DNA from: Azolla caroliniana
Taxonomy: Eukaryota; Plantae; Polypodiophyta
Assembly: GCA_043228905.1 (NCBI GenBank)
Contig: JBHGNT010000013.1
Location: forward strand, 6,200,001-6,264,000
Reading direction: 5' to 3'
Length of the DNA stretch: 64,000 nt
The position numbers were made by a program, and so were the translations under genes. Below the pieces are notes generated by a model. The model did not search any database, was not told the origin of the DNA, and saw only the letters and a list, made by a program, of their open reading frames with translations. Every line of letters begins with the position of its first letter. Positions within the stretch are counted from its first letter, which is position 1. Shown piece by piece: positions 50,180 to 64,000 of the stretch.

Positions 50180-52682
50180 ATATTATGTTGCCGAACACTC
50201 TCAAGTGTGCCAAGTTCAGCTTCTTTCCGAAGTACAAGTCATGTGGCGATACTTTTCCTCCAGCTGCAAATGTCCGATTCTAAAGGGAAAGGGTTCTTCT
50301 GACTTCGACATATGCTTCTCCTCAAGCATTGCCCATGTTGTTTCCTCAATTGTCTAATTCTTTGCCTCATCCACACCGTTCTATTCCGGTGTGTATTTAC
50401 AAGAGAACTCGCGTTGAATTCCCTTCTTTTTGTAGATAGCTTGAGAACTAATCGGAAAGGTACTCTTTTCGGCCATCAAACCTTAGGCACTTGATCTATC
50501 TTCTAGTCTCCCATCCCGCAAGGATGTTCACCTTGAGAAAACATGAGAATACTTTGCTTTTCTTCTCGATCAAGCATGCCCAGGTTGGCCGAGTGTAGTC
50601 ATCGATGAAGGTTGCGAAGTAACGACTCCCACTTATACTCACATTCTACGCCAACCCCCACACATCCGAGTGGATTAAATCGATTATGGCTTCGATTGCA
50701 CTCATTGGAGAATGGAAGTTTGTGTTACTTCCCTAACTGATAGGATTCGCTAACCTAGCCCTTTCAGCCATTGAATTTCAGCAAGACGAAAACAATGTTT
50801 TTCGTCTGCATCTCTTGAAGCCGCAGGAAGTTGACATGGCCAAACAGCTTGTGCCACAGGTCGATATCCGATTTGACCTTTCGCCCTTTGGAAAATATAG
50901 CGGTGCATACATTGTTTGTCTCGAGGATAAACATTCTCCCTTCTCAGAGCCATTGCGCAATAATCTGCTCCTCGTCCTCTATGAAGCACCCGAGGTGAGT
51001 AATCGAACTTGCATGCCCTGGTTGACAATTTCTCCAAACGACACCGAGTTCTTGGTGATTGTTGGCACATGCAAGAAATTTCTCATCATTCCTCTTTGAC
51101 CAACATGGCTCAAAGGGACGTCTCTGATATGTTTGATGGGTGCGGGGTGTCATAGCCAGTTTCGACGACCCTCGGTTGTTCCGGCTTCTCTGGTGTCGAA
51201 ACCACTCCTTGTGATTCGTTATATGGTTCGATGCTCTGGAATCCACGTCCCACACTTCATTCGACTTCGAGGTGCTTGCCACAATCGAGTTGGCTTTGTG
51301 CTTCTTATCGAAGGTAGGATCTGATCCGGCTCATCCTGAGCCTTCAGTGTAGTGCGACCTTTGACACCTATTTGTGTCACCCTGGCTCGATTCGGCTCGG
51401 TTTGAATCAACGCACTTTTTCCAGCACTCACTCTCTGTGTGACCCTTCTAACAATAGTACCAGCAGTCTGATACTGTCCTTCCTAGCTGGCTTTCGGCAC
51501 TGCCTTGACTCCACCTGCTCTTGGAGGGTCCTGAACTGTTGTCGGCATTTCGATTATGCCTCGAGTTCTGCTCCTGTCGACCACCTCCATTGTGTGCCAA
51601 CCCACCTCGTCCACCATGACTAGGGTTCTTTCTGTCTTTGAGTACAACATCTTGTTGTCAGCATGTGTACTCAGCAACACACCCGTGTGGTTTTCCTCTC
51701 CAGCGAACATTGACTATAAGTCGAAAAATGACGGAAGCTTCTCTCAATTGGCTCGTATTTCTGAGCTAACCCATGGAGGCAGATCTGCACCATCTCGTCT
51801 TCATGCACAGTAACATTGATGGACCCAAGTGCATCACAGATGTCCTTGATTTTTGTGGTGTAGTCAGTTACCGACATACTTGCTTGTTAGACATTGTTGG
51901 GCTCTTGTTTGAGCTCCAACTTACGGGTTGTGGTGTTGGCGGAAAATACCCTCTTGAGGTTCCCCCAAGCATCCTTCGGCGACCTTTCATCTTTTTGTAG
52001 TTGAGTATCTGATCACTCACACAAGACTCAAAGTAGTACAAGACTCGGTGTGTCGCTTGCTCCCAGGCTGGAAAGTCTTTCTACAACAGCTCCGATGCTA
52101 CATCATTTGCTCCTTCCACATAACTCTAGTATCCATGGCCAAGTAGATATCGAGCTCCTATCGAGCTTCTATGTCGGAAGTGAGCTTCCCATACCTTTGT
52201 CCATGTTCCTATTGTTCGGAACAAAACTCTTCTTCTTTGTGTTAATTCGCTTTGTCGGCAGTAGAGGATTCTTCTAACCCTCGCACTTTGATACCATCTA
52301 AAATATAACGTGTGGAAGCTTGCGAGTTAACAACATAGCCGGCTATGCTGAATAACAGACAACAGTTAGGTAAACATAGAGAATGGAAATACACAATGAG
52401 AGAGAGACCGAGTGAGCAGACAAACAAAATTTCTATTACAAAAATACTTTGTCCATACAATGTGCTTAGTGAGCACTATTTATACAAGTCCTCAAAAGGA
52501 CTAACAGAAGTACCGACAAGTACTTCAAAGCTGATAAATGAGCTAATGAGACTAACTCTCAAAAATATTCCTACAATAAATAGCGGTCCTAACGACTTGT
52601 CGGCTCCCCGCCGATCTAGCCTAGTCGATCCGGTTAGGCTTCTTCAGCCAATCTGGCCCAAGTTGAGCTTGCTCGATCAACA
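50180..52682 (-). mobile_element. Copia family C-like truncated element (LTR about 52682-52297, PBS, gag, protease, integrase part)
   Basis: PBS TGGTATCAAAG, DYTTKIKDICDALGSI, WDVDSRASNH and an IHSDVWG remnant. Homologous to 56903-59047. Confidence 0.82.
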
Positions 52683-54280
52683 ATTATTACCTCTTGATAT
52701 CGCATAAACTCTACGTCCTATCAAGAATAAAACCTATCAAGCAAATTAACTAGGAGAGTTAATCTCTTTTTCCTTCTAAAGGCATGATGAATTATAGCCA
52801 TCAACAAACACTTCCCATGCTTTATAGCCATCAAATTGAACATGATAGGCAAATACATCAATTAATTGACACATTTAGGCATGGAAGACCTCATGATCAA
52901 AACATTCTAAATTGAAAACCAATGGTGGTTTTCCTAAGAACTTGTGAAACACTTTAATTTAGTGGTGTGTAAATTCAAAAATTAATGGGAAATGATGTGA
53001 TATAATTGATCCATAAGACACTAAAATATCCAAAATCTATGGAAAAAACCCTTTAGTATGCATTACATACATTTGATCCAACCCACTCCAAGTATCCTTA
53101 CATTGTGCCGATTGAAAGGTATAACCTCCCTTAATCCATTTCCATCGTATAACTAGGTTCATCTCTCTTAATCCATTTCCATGCACCATTAACATAACTA
53201 CTTCCTCAAAATTTCCTTCCTCTTGGCCTCTAGTCCATCCATAACTTCTCTCTCTCTCTCTCATTGTAGCCCTATTATAGTGTTTTTAACTCACATTATT
53301 AATATAGTTGTATTTTCACCCCAAGAAAAGGAGATAGTGAGAGCACTAAATTTTAGTTTATTTTTGTGTGGGGTAGAATGAACATCTTTCAGCCTAACTA
53401 AGATACCACCACCATATTTTCTAATATTTTTCTCATATTAAGTAAGTCTCTTAGTATTTAGTCACTTGCACATTGTGGGACATCATGAATGCTAAGGAAA
53501 TCAACAATTTATTCTTTCAAAATTCAATCTCTTAAACATAAAGGGCAAGGTTTGTGGTTGATATTCATAGTGGGCTTCCTCACCCAAAAAAGGTAACATT
53601 AAGATAACATGAATTTTTATTCTAGGATAAATGTTCTCCTTAAAAAACATTCTCCAATGAATGTGGAAAAGAATGGCATGCAGAAGCAATATAGGAAACC
53701 GAACAATAGAAAACACAGGTTTAATGGAAGGCTTAGGTTTGCACAATACGCACGGGAGAGACAGAGAGAGAGAGAGTAAAAACCAGAACTACATTCAAAA
53801 TAATACTCAATTTGTACATCGTGTGTGTTCAATGAACACTTTTATACAAGTCCTTTTCGAACTAACAGAAGTACTGAAAGTACTTCAATGCTCATTAAGG
53901 AGCCCCTACACTAACTCCCAAATATATTCCTTGCGGAATATCTTTCCGATGGCCTCACGGTTTCTGCACCGATCCGGCCTTCCTATGCACCGGTCTGTGT
54001 ACCGGTACCGATCTGGCCTAACCGATCGGTCCCAACCGATCTAGTCCTCGGCTTCCTCAGCCGATCCAGCCGATGTTGAGCTTGTCTCTCAACACTCCCC
54101 CTCAAGCTCAACTTGAGGCTCTTCGGGATCTTCCGGGTCACGGCTCCGGTTCCTCCTGGCTCCACGCCTCGCTCGCGCTCCTCGGCCTATTCGACTCCGC
54201 GCGCTTCGACCCTTTCAGTCGGCTTGTCTGCTCCCACGGCCCTTCACAACTCCCTTGCTGTCATGGTGTTCGCGCTTCTC

Positions 54281-57200
54281 CTACTGCCTTCTTTTTCGGT
54301 TGGCCCTCGGTTGATTCAGTGTATCCGAATCAAACATCCGAACCGACTCGCCTACCTCCGATCGGTTCTCGCTCTCGTCCGAGTTGGCTATCTCCAACTC
54401 CTCTTCGGTCTTCTCGACCTTGACGGCGTCATCTCCCCCATGCTTGGTTGGCTTCGGCTCTTTCTTTCGGTTGCTCCCCTTATGTCCGCTTTTGGACTCT
54501 TCCGCGGATCCGCCCTCAGTTTCTTTAGCCGATCCGAAGTCGAATTTGTCATCCGACTCGGTGTCGCGGCCTCTTCCGCTCCCTTCTTCCTCCCTTGCTC
54601 GATCTTTTGAGACTGTTCTCCGCCTCAAGTTTGGCACGTCGAGGTGACGCAACCCAAGCGCACCTGAGAATTGCCGCAACTTGTCCAGACCAAGGGGCTT
54701 GGTGAAGATGTCGGTAGTTTGTCGATCCGTCGGAACATACTGAAGTTCGACTTTACCAGAAAGGACACGCTCACGGACAAAATGGTAGTGCACCTCAATG
54801 TGCTTGGTCCGCGCGTGGAAAACGGGGTTCTTCGTGAGCTGGATGCTACTGAGGTTGTGGAAGTAGATCGTCCTCGGATCGGACACCTCCTCTTGCAGGT
54901 CCTTAAGTAGCCGCTTCAACCATATGGCTTCGCATGTCGCGCCAGCCGCTCCTCGGTACTCAGCTTCGATGCTTGATAGTGCAACTGTCGGTTGCTTCTT
55001 ACTACTCCACGCGATCGCAACACTCCTGAGGGAGAACGCGAAACCGGACGTGGATCAACGATCGGCGACGTTGCCGGCCCAGTCGGCATCGGTGTAGCCG
55101 ACCAACTGCGGGGCTATATTGGACCGTTATAGTAGCCCCCGGTCCTTAGTGTTGCTTATGTACCGCAGTATGCGTTGTGCACACTGAAGGTGCTCCTCGG
55201 TAGGTCGCGCCATGAACTGACTGATCACCCCTACCGGATAACTGAGATCGGGTTGGGTGATTGTCAAGTAGATAAGGCTTCCGACAATTTGTCGGAACCT
55301 CGTCGGGTCGCATACCTTTCCGGAGTTGGGGCGAAGCTTGATGGTTCTATCCAGAGGAGTCGAGACGGACTTACAGTCGGCCATCCCGAATTTGAAGAGC
55401 ATACTTAGCACATAATGGCATTGTCTGATCAATATGCCTTAGGGGGTACGGATCACTTCGATCCCGAGGAAGTAATGAAGATCCCCCAGGTCCTTCATGT
55501 CGAACGATGCCGCAAGCTGGAACTTCACGCGGTCGATTTCACCGAGGTCGGCGCCGGTGATGACCAAGTCATCAACATATAGTAAAATACTGACCGGACT
55601 AAGTCGACCTTTCCGGATGAACAAGGAAGAGTCCGATTTTGACGTTGCAAAGCCCATCCGACGTAGTTGCTGTGTGATCTTCGCGTTCCATGCACGCAGG
55701 GCTTCCTTCAATCCGTAAAGGGACTTCTTCAATCGGCACACTGCCGACGTGTTCGTTTCGGAGTGAAATCCGGGGGGCTATACCATGTACACCTGTTCCT
55801 CAAGCTCACCTTGCAGGAACGCATTCTTTACATCCATCTGATGTAAGTGCCACCCCTTTGCCGCAGCTACCGCAAGCAAAACACGGACGGTCGTCATTTT
55901 CGCGACCGGCACAAACGTCTCATCGTAGTCGATGCTGTGTTTCTGCGCATAGCCTTTTGCAGCTAACCGGGCCTTGTATCGGTTGACCCCGCCGTCGATG
56001 TTGTACTTGACCTTGTACACCCACCTACATCCGGTCGGCTTCACACCCTTCAGTGCGTCAACCAGGTCCCAGGTCTCGTTTTCCACCAACGTGTGCATCT
56101 CTTCCTCCATCGCGGCGCGCCAATTCGCATCCTTAGCCGCTTCTGCGTAGTTCTCCAGCTCACGCACTTTTGCTACACGGGTCACGTACGCATAATGATG
56201 CTCCATGTACTCATTGTATCCGAACCGCACAATTGGGTTCTTCTGGCGAGTAGATCGGCGTAATCGGTCATTAGCCGATGTTGAGGTCTTCTCGACCGAC
56301 GCGGACTTCACTCTTGAAGACCCGTCATCGCTTCCCTCGGAATCGGAATCCAACACCTTCTTCTTCCCTTTCTCTTTGCGCGTAAGCCGTCTCCTCGGCT
56401 TCCTGTGCAGGGAATGCACAATCGAGTCTCCACTACTCGCCTGCTCTTCATCGGACTGGTCGAACCGACTTAGTCGTCCATTTGGTCCACTTAACCGAAA
56501 CGAAATTGGACTCTCTTCGTGGGTCCCGATTTCATGCTCATCCAGAGGCATCTCAATCTCGCTGACCTCATCGTTAGAGCTCGGATTGGAGTTGAGATCC
56601 GGAGTCGCAGGCAAGTACCAGGACGCGGACTCATCAAACACAACGTCCCGGCTCACGCGCGCTTGTTTGGTGCGCAGGTTATAACACTTATAACCCTTCT
56701 ACTCGTCCGACTAACCGACCAAGATACATTTCTCGGCCTTTGCGTCCAGCTTCCTCCGTTTCTCCTTCGGCACATGCACATACGCAATGCTACCGAAAAC
56801 TCGTAAGTACCCGGACGCGGACTCATCAAACACAACGTCCCGGCTCATGCGTGCTTGTTTGGTGGGCGGGTTATAACACTTATAACCCTTCTGCTCGTCT
56901 GACTAACCGACCAAGATACATTTCTCGGCCTTTGCGTCCAGCTTCCTCCGTTTCTCCTTCGGCACATGCACATACGCAATGCTACCGAAAACTCGTAAGT
57001 GTCGCAAGTTCGGCTTCGTTCCGAAATATAGCTCGTGCGTTGACGCTTTGTCTCCGATCCAGTTCTGGATGTATACCGCAGTCCTTACCACCTCGGCCCA
57101 GTAGAACTTGGGCAAGCTCTTCTCCTCTAGCATTGCCCGTGCCGCTTCCACAACCGACGGATTTTTCCTCTCGGCCACGCCGTTTTGCTCTGGCGTGTAT

Positions 57201-59047
57201 TTACAACTGAATTCGCGCCGAATTCCCATCTGTTGTAGATAACCGTTGAATTGACCAGAAAAGTATTCTTTTCCGCCATCCGACCACAGGGACCTGATCT
57301 TTCTTCCTGTTTCCGTTTCCACGAACCCTTTGAGGTCCCAAAAACAGTCGAGGACTTCGCTCTTCCTCTCAATGAGGTAGATCCACGTGTGTCGCATGTA
57401 GTTGTCGATGAAGGAGACGAAATATCGGCTCCCACCAAGACTAACGTTTTGTGTCGGCCCCCACACATCGGAGTGTATCAAGTCAAGCTTGTTCCGTCTC
57501 CGGTTACGCTCGTTGGGGAAAGGAAGTCGGTGTTGCTTCCCAAGCTGGCAGGCTTCACAAATTTGTGCCTTCCGACCACTAAATTTGGCCAATCCGAACA
57601 CCACTTGTTTCGATTGCAGGTCTTGAAGACACTGGTAGTTGACGTGGCCTATCCGTTTGTGCCATAAGTCGATGTTCGACTCGACTTTTTGTCCCTTCGC
57701 GAACATTGCGGTGCCATAAGTCGATGTCCGCCCTTGCGCAATAACACGGCCTTCTTCCTCAATGAAGCACCCGAGGCGTGTAAATCGGACCTCCATTCCT
57801 TGGTCGACGATCTGTCCGACCGACACCAAGTTCTTCGTGATTGTCGGAACGTGTAGCACGTTCATGAGTTTCCCTTTCTGCCTGACATGGCTCAGGGGAA
57901 CTTCTCCGACATTCGCGGTCGGATGCGGAGTGTCGTCTCCAGTTGTGACTACTCCCGGTTGCATCGGTTCTTCTAGGTACGAGAACCACTCCTTATGGCT
58001 CGTCATGTGATTTGACGCGTCGGAGTCGACGTACCACACCTCGTCCGATTTCGGGGTGGTCTGCTTAATTGAGTTTGTTTCGTGTCTCGTCACGAAGGCC
58101 GACCCTTTTCCAACTTTTCCGGATCCTTCGGCATAGTGCGATAGTTGTTGGTTTTCTTTGTCGGTATGTCCGGAACCAGATCCTGAGCCCGTCCTCTCCG
58201 ACTCGGTGTGCCTTTTCCAGCACTCACTCTCCCTGTGGCCTTTCTTGCCACAGTACCAACATTCCGTGGCGGGTTTTCGTTGCCAGTTCTCACCGCCTCG
58301 ACTCCCCTTGTTTCCGGAGGGTCCAGAATTGCTATCGACATCATTTCAGTGCCTCCTTCCTTGATCTCGTCGGCCACCTCCATTGCGCACCGACTCGCCT
58401 TGTCCTCCACGTCCACGGGGCCTATCTCCCTCCGTGTACAACATCTTGTTGTTCGTGTGTGTGCTCGTTGACGCACCGGCGTGGTTCTCCTCTACCAGGA
58501 TCATTGACTGTAAGTCCAAAAAGGACAGCGCATTCTTCCGGGTACACACAACAGTTCGGAACGCCCCGAACTTCGACGCCAAACCCCCGAGACAGACCTG
58601 GACCATCTCGCTTTCCTCGATGTTCACATCAATGGAAGCTAAGGAGTCGCATATGTCCTTGATCTTCGAGGTATAGTCAGCCACCGGCAAATCACGTTGT
58701 CGTAGGTTGCTCAACTCCTATCTGAGCTAAAGCTTCCTAGCTGTGGTGCTCACGGCGAAGATCTTCTTCAGATTTTCCCGCGCACCCTTCAGCGTTTTTG
58801 CATCTCGAATGTAGCTTAATAGTTGTTCACCCACACAAGACGCGAAACAGTACAACACTCTGCTCGCCGATTTTTCCCACACCGAGAAGTCTTTGTGTGT
58901 CGATATGGGTGCCGCGTCATTCGCTCCTTTGACATAGCTCCAGTAACCGTGCCCAAGCAAGTACTGGTGCATCTTGTAGGACCAAGATGCGTAGTTGGTT
59001 ATGTCGTGCTTCTCCGCCGAAAGCGAGCTAGCCATTCCTCTGTCCAT
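54281..59047 (-). pseudogene. gag-pol of copia C, disrupted
   Basis: [53 protein letters not shown] and HARTKHIEVHYHF, with several stops and frameshifts. Confidence 0.93.
56613..56996. repeat. 192-bp tandem duplication in copia C integrase
   Basis: 56613-56804 is repeated at 56805-56996 with about 6 substitutions and AAGT microhomology. Confidence 0.9.
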
Positions 59048-62000
59048 CGGTTTTCTTGTTCTTCTTCGTTGGTTTTTCCTTCAAGCAAAGTCTATTGTAG
59101 AGGTTCTCAACCCTTGCGCTCTGATACCATGAAAAGAATGGTGTGCGGAAGCAATATAGGAAACCGAACAACAGAAAACGCAGGTTTAATGGAAGGCTTA
59201 GGTTTGCACAATACGCACGGGAGAGACAGAGAGAGAGAGAGTAAAAGCCAGAACTATATTCAAAATAATACTCAATCTGTACATCGTGTGTGTTCAATGA
59301 ACACTTTTATACAAGTCCTTTTCGGACTAACAGAAGTACTGACAGTACTTCAATGCTCATTAAGGAGCCCCTACACTAACTCCCAAATATACTCCTTGCG
59401 GAATATCTTTCCAATGGCCTCATAGTTTCTGCACCAATCCGGCCTTCCTACGCACCGGTACCGATCCAGCCTAACCGATCGGTCCCAACCGATCTGGTCC
59501 TCGGCTTGCTCAGCAGATCCGGCCGATGTTGAGCTTGTCTCTCAACAAATGTATACTCTGTTACAACTATTGCATGGCATTATTCCCCATGTATCCAAGA
59601 TGACATTGGATAGTTTATGTAGTAATGAAGGGATCACAATGAGTTGCTTATCCGTCAATGTCTTAAGCTCTTTGAGTGGACTTTCAAATGAATGTTGTAT
59701 AGACAAATATGGATACTAGAGAATCCATTAATGATAGTGTATAATGGGATCCTCATTCCATCTCAAAGAATTACTATATATGGCGTTTTAGGATGTTTCC
59801 AAGTCATGCATGATCCAATACAAGCACCAACCAAGGAGATATAGAAAACTCTTTCAGGTGACTTAAAAGTATATTCTTTTGCACAAAAAAGTAAATACTC
59901 GAGGATCATACAATAATAACAAATCATTTTCATCCTTATTGCAATGAAATCAAGTATTATACAAGCGACTTGATGAAGTGGTCCAATCATGTGTATAGAT
60001 ATAAATATACAAACTTTTCCATGTGTTTCTATGTTGTGACATATTACCTAGATAGTCTTCTTTCTTGATAATAAATATTGCACTAAGTAGGCCAAATAGA
60101 GCTTATTAAGTAGATTATTGCATAAAATATGAAACCACCATATTTCTATGGAAAATCTATGTTTTTTGTTGTATACATGCTACACATGTTTATTTTCATG
60201 TGTAGATGAATAATGTAAGCATGAGTTGCGAAAAGAAAAATATGTGGAATCTTGATTTCGATACATGTTAATAACTTGGTTTGATTTACATTTCAATACA
60301 TCAAGCATATTATGATGACTATGTAAATTGGCCCTTTTAAAAAGGTGGATGTTGCTTTATTTTATAAGTTGTTTTCAAACTTAAATTTTCTTTTACAAAG
60401 TCAATTGTACCATGGTTCATGAATTGAAAGTATCACGTAAGCATAGTGGGTCCAATTATGTTGACTTTGGAGCTTTGAATTCTCCAAAAAAGTTAGTATA
60501 TATGAATATTCTTCTACAACGACATATTTAATAAACAACAAATAAGGATTGTATTAATATATTCTAAATAACTATACTTGTGTGGCACGCATCGTGTTGC
60601 CTAGTAAAGGGGCCCTTCTAGCCAATATATGATGCATATTTATATGAAGAATGCTTAACGAACTTTCAAGTAATAAAGAGCAAGTGATTGAGAGACTTGA
60701 GTATGTGCGTCATGCTTGTGAATGCAATAAATGGTACGAAAAATTTAAGAAAGTTAAATTTGTTGAATAGAATGAAGAAATTGAAGTGGATGGAATGGTT
60801 GACTGTGATTGGAGATAGGGAGATAAGATGAGTTCCTAAGACATTATTACATATTGCTTGATCTTCAAACTTGCATAACTGGGGCGAAATAACATTAGAG
60901 GTGCTCATAAATAGTAGCTATAATGTCAATAGCAAAAAAGAAAACACAAATAGTGCATGTACAATGAAGGTAGAGCTTAATTGCGCTTAATTTAAAGCAT
61001 CATTATGCTATCATGAATGCAAATGTTTCAGTTAAGTGGTTAGCAAGGAAGTCTCGTGGAAATGCCATCAGCTTCAACAAGTATGTAATGGATTCATGAC
61101 TTAACTTTGAGAGAGTCCATTCAAGTCTAGCTTCATTGATCATTTCCCCTAAAGATGATCAAATTTGGAATATTTCTAAATACGATTTTTGAAGTTTGTG
61201 GGCTTGCAAAAATGAAAGTATGATGAAGTTAGTCCATTTATACTACCTTAAAAAATGGATTCCCATCAAGTGAGATGATTTTATAATACTTTGTTTCTAT
61301 TGCCTTTCTTATATGTTCACAAAATACTTAATACTAGGAAACAACAAAATATTACCAAATAAACATTTCATGTTTGTATTATTGTATATATGTGATTTAA
61401 TTTAGTTTGGTGGTGTGATATTTTTTTCACTTTGCAATATTCCCTTCTCCTTGTCATTTTTATTTTGAAGGATGAGTACTCGGTATTTTTAGTTTTTTGT
61501 ACATATATGGTAATGAATGTGTCACATTGTGCCATTTACCTTATGTATTTTTAAAATCCAAGTTAGTAAGATTTGTAAGTTCAAATCCTCATTTCCACTT
61601 GGTGTGGATATTTTGGACCATTGTCTGTAATTCGAAATTGGTAAGAAACCCCAGTTGTTTTAGTTTACCATCTTCATTGATGTTCTTATATGTGACAATA
61701 TTGATGAAGTTCAATCCACTAAAAACTTATTGACAAGTCGCATATATGTTATATGATCCATCATCTCCAGTTTGTGAGCCATATTTTTAAAGCAAAATTT
61801 GCCATCATGGATCTTTTTACGAGGGAACTGGAAAGATCATGCAATGGGTCAATTGAAGTTATAGTTCAAAACCCATGATCCATCATGTGGATATTTTTTT
61901 TCTTGGCAACACATTAGATGAGGCTTAGGCGAAGTTCCGTTTTGATCCATTTTTCCATGTTGTCCCTTGTGACCTCCCACTTCTTTTCGAGAGGCTTGGG

Positions 62001-62200
62001 TAGAAATAACATTAGGCTTAGTGTAAAGTCACTTCCTTCATCGAGTATACCATATTTTGTACACGACTAGAACTCTTTTAGCTTAAGTTCTATTTTTACT
62101 TTATTTGATTTTAGTTATGATGATTGGATAAATATTCATTTTGTTGTAAAACAATTGTCTCATGGGCCAATTTTGGCCTTAGAAGACGTTAATATATCTT

Positions 62201-62202
<2 letters not shown>

Positions 62203-62253
<51 letters not shown>
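62203..62253 (+). repeat. Compound (CT)n(AT)n microsatellite
   Basis: Direct reading. Confidence 0.9.
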
Positions 62254-62254
<1 letters not shown>

Positions 62255-62544
62255 ACAATATAAAATGTGCATACTTGGATACAAGTCACATGGGTTATTC
62301 CATCACTAGACCATGGAGATGATTCCCTATGTCCAATCCACCCCAGGACATGCACTTCATGGAGAGCTTACTCATAACTTTGCTTCACCACACTTGGAGC
62401 TTATTTTTTTGTTTCGATATATGGAAAACATGAATTCACTCATACTTCGAAATTACAATTGGTCTTTAGGCATAATTGGGCTTCTAGTACATCTTAACAT
62501 TTTTTTCTTTTGTTCTACTACAACACTAAGTATGCAGCTCCCCT

Positions 62545-62708
62545 ACACACATCTCTCTCCCTTTCTCTAGTTTGACATAACACACATAATGTGTAAGGAG
62601 CTATAGAAGAGGATGTCTCCTTCACTCACACACATCTCTCTCCCTTTCTCTAGTTTGACATAACACACATGCATGTGTAAGGAGCTATAGAAGAGGATGT
62701 CTCCTTCA
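62545..62708. repeat. ~83-bp tandem duplication downstream of the VQ gene
   Basis: ACACACATCTCTCTCCCTTTCTCTAG...CTCCTTCAC at 62545 and 62628. Confidence 0.85.
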
Positions 62709-63385
62709 CAAACACAATAACTTTTTTACCTCTTTTATAAGTACACAATATGCTTCACAACAACATGCTTTATTCCTTATTAAGGATACAAAAACGAAAC
62801 TAAGATGTTCCTTTTTAGATTGAGCATTATAGCTACTACACAAGGCCTAGATGTAAACTCCAATGTCTATAATCTCTTTGGCTCTATCTCTTTCTTTCTT
62901 ATGATTCTTTTTATAGGGTGTTCGCACCAAGTCCACCCATGACAATGTGATGGAGAGGACACTTGCTTGCACCACTAGTCATGTCAAATGCTTCATCGTC
63001 AATTATAGGCACCCTTGAATGGCGTGTGTCTAGTCTTTGATCCTCGACCTTCCCATTATAAGCAACCACATGTACAAATTCCCACGCGTCCCTTTCTTTT
63101 CTCGTCCTCCAACGTTCACACCTTCTTGAACAACGGTCATTCCTTCCTCGTCATTTAAGCGTTTGCATTATGTACTTGGTCCTAGTACCCACAAACACAC
63201 TATCCATATTAAAGAGGATAAATGATGATGAAATCTTCCCAAATCACATTCAGCAAAGGTGTCCTGCCACATCTCTCTCTTATTGGGGTCACGGAATACT
63301 TTACCATTATGTATTTCATTATATGTATAGCTAGCTGGTAGTGATTGCCTCTTGCTTCCAAACAGTAGACTTAGCAATTAATGCA

Positions 63386-64000
63386 TTATAAAATGGGTAG
63401 TTGCATGTAGGACATCATTGCATCAAAATCGCTGAACAAGGATCCTTGGAGATTTTCTGGGTCATGATTAGAGTTGATGAATGGGGGGGACAATGCCAGA
63501 ATGTCCTGATCATCTATTGACAACTGATACTCATTTACGCTGATACCACGAGGTGAAGGATAGGTAGGGTAAAGGAAGGATCGAGTATATTGTGAACTGT
63601 GGATGGTGCAAGAGGAAGCACTATTCAAAGAATTAGGGATTAGAGAATTCAGGGTAGAATTTGGTGATGCCACTCGATGCGAAGACGGCGACATGGTTAG
63701 ATCAGGAGAGAATGCCGGATCCGATGATATTGATACCAAAGGAGGAGAACAATGTTCTGATGATGAATTTAAAGAAGAAGCACATGAAGTTGCAGTAATT
63801 CTGGGAGGCTTTGTTTGTCCTCCGTCAGATTCTGCGATTTCGGGCTCTTGTCGTACTGATACATCATCTTTGTTTGACATGGTCGGATCGACATCAATGG
63901 AAGCAAAATCATTGTTTCCGGTGAGCTTCTGTACAATGGCGCGGAAGTTCTCCGGATCTGTGGTTATACGTTGCGGGGCGAAAACATGCACCATGCGCAC
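63386..64000 (-). CDS. VQ-motif-containing protein (plant WRKY-interacting family), 5' end outside the window
   Basis: TTDPENFRAIVQKLTG matches the FxxxVQxLTG signature, followed by a Ser-rich disordered tail in an uninterrupted frame. Confidence 0.9.
   Translation of the reverse strand: MRMVHVFAPQRITTDPENFRAIVQKLTGNNDFASIDVDPTMSNKDDVSVRQEPEIAESDGGQTKPPRITATSCASSLNSSSEHCSPPLVSISSDPAFSPDLTMSPSSHRVASPNSTLNSLIPNSLNSASSCTIHSSQYTRSFLYPTYPSPRGISVNEYQLSIDDQDILALSPPFINSNHDPENLQGSLFSDFDAMMSYMQLPIL

Larger units (their letters stand above)
53665..59547 (-). mobile_element. Full-length Ty1/copia family C
   Basis: LTRs at 59547-59130 and 54094-53665 (roughly 5-6% different plus a 12-bp indel, by eye). 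TSD AATGT at 53660-53664 and 59548-59552. PBS at 59129-59118 and PPT AGGGGGAG at 54102-54095. Confidence 0.95.

Noticed and set aside
54113-58676. Long plus-strand ORFs antisense to copia C
   Set aside because: Expected shadow ORFs of GC-rich coding sequence, with no independent motifs.
59553-63380. Genes in the AT-rich stretch before the VQ gene
   Set aside because: Only short ORFs without recognisable motifs. Treated as intergenic or 3' flank.

Overview
Eukaryotic, land-plant-like heterochromatic DNA. A non-seed plant such as a fern is my inference from the TE lineages and is not proven. About 85% of the window is nested transposable elements: Ty1/copia and Ty3/gypsy LTR retrotransposons (three bounded by LTR pairs and TSDs, the rest truncated or solo LTR) and one old LINE split by two later insertions. 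The only clear host gene is the 3' part of a VQ-motif gene at the right edge. The most notable object is a 12.5-kb cut-and-paste DNA transposon (15971-28484) with 26-bp TIRs and a 4-bp TCTC TSD. It encodes an intron-containing Sola2-type DDD transposase on the minus strand. It also carries a convergent multi-exon accessory gene (coiled coil, RING-H2, peptide repeats), a captured URB2/Npa2-like host fragment, and intronic satellite arrays rich in the AGTACT motif that also flanks its TIRs. Next to it is a chimeric relic that keeps only the non-catalytic C-terminal part of such a transposase. The two chromoviruses share a non-coding leader block with compensatory base changes, which points to a conserved RNA structure. 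All calls were made by eye with no database searches, and family names are from recalled motifs.
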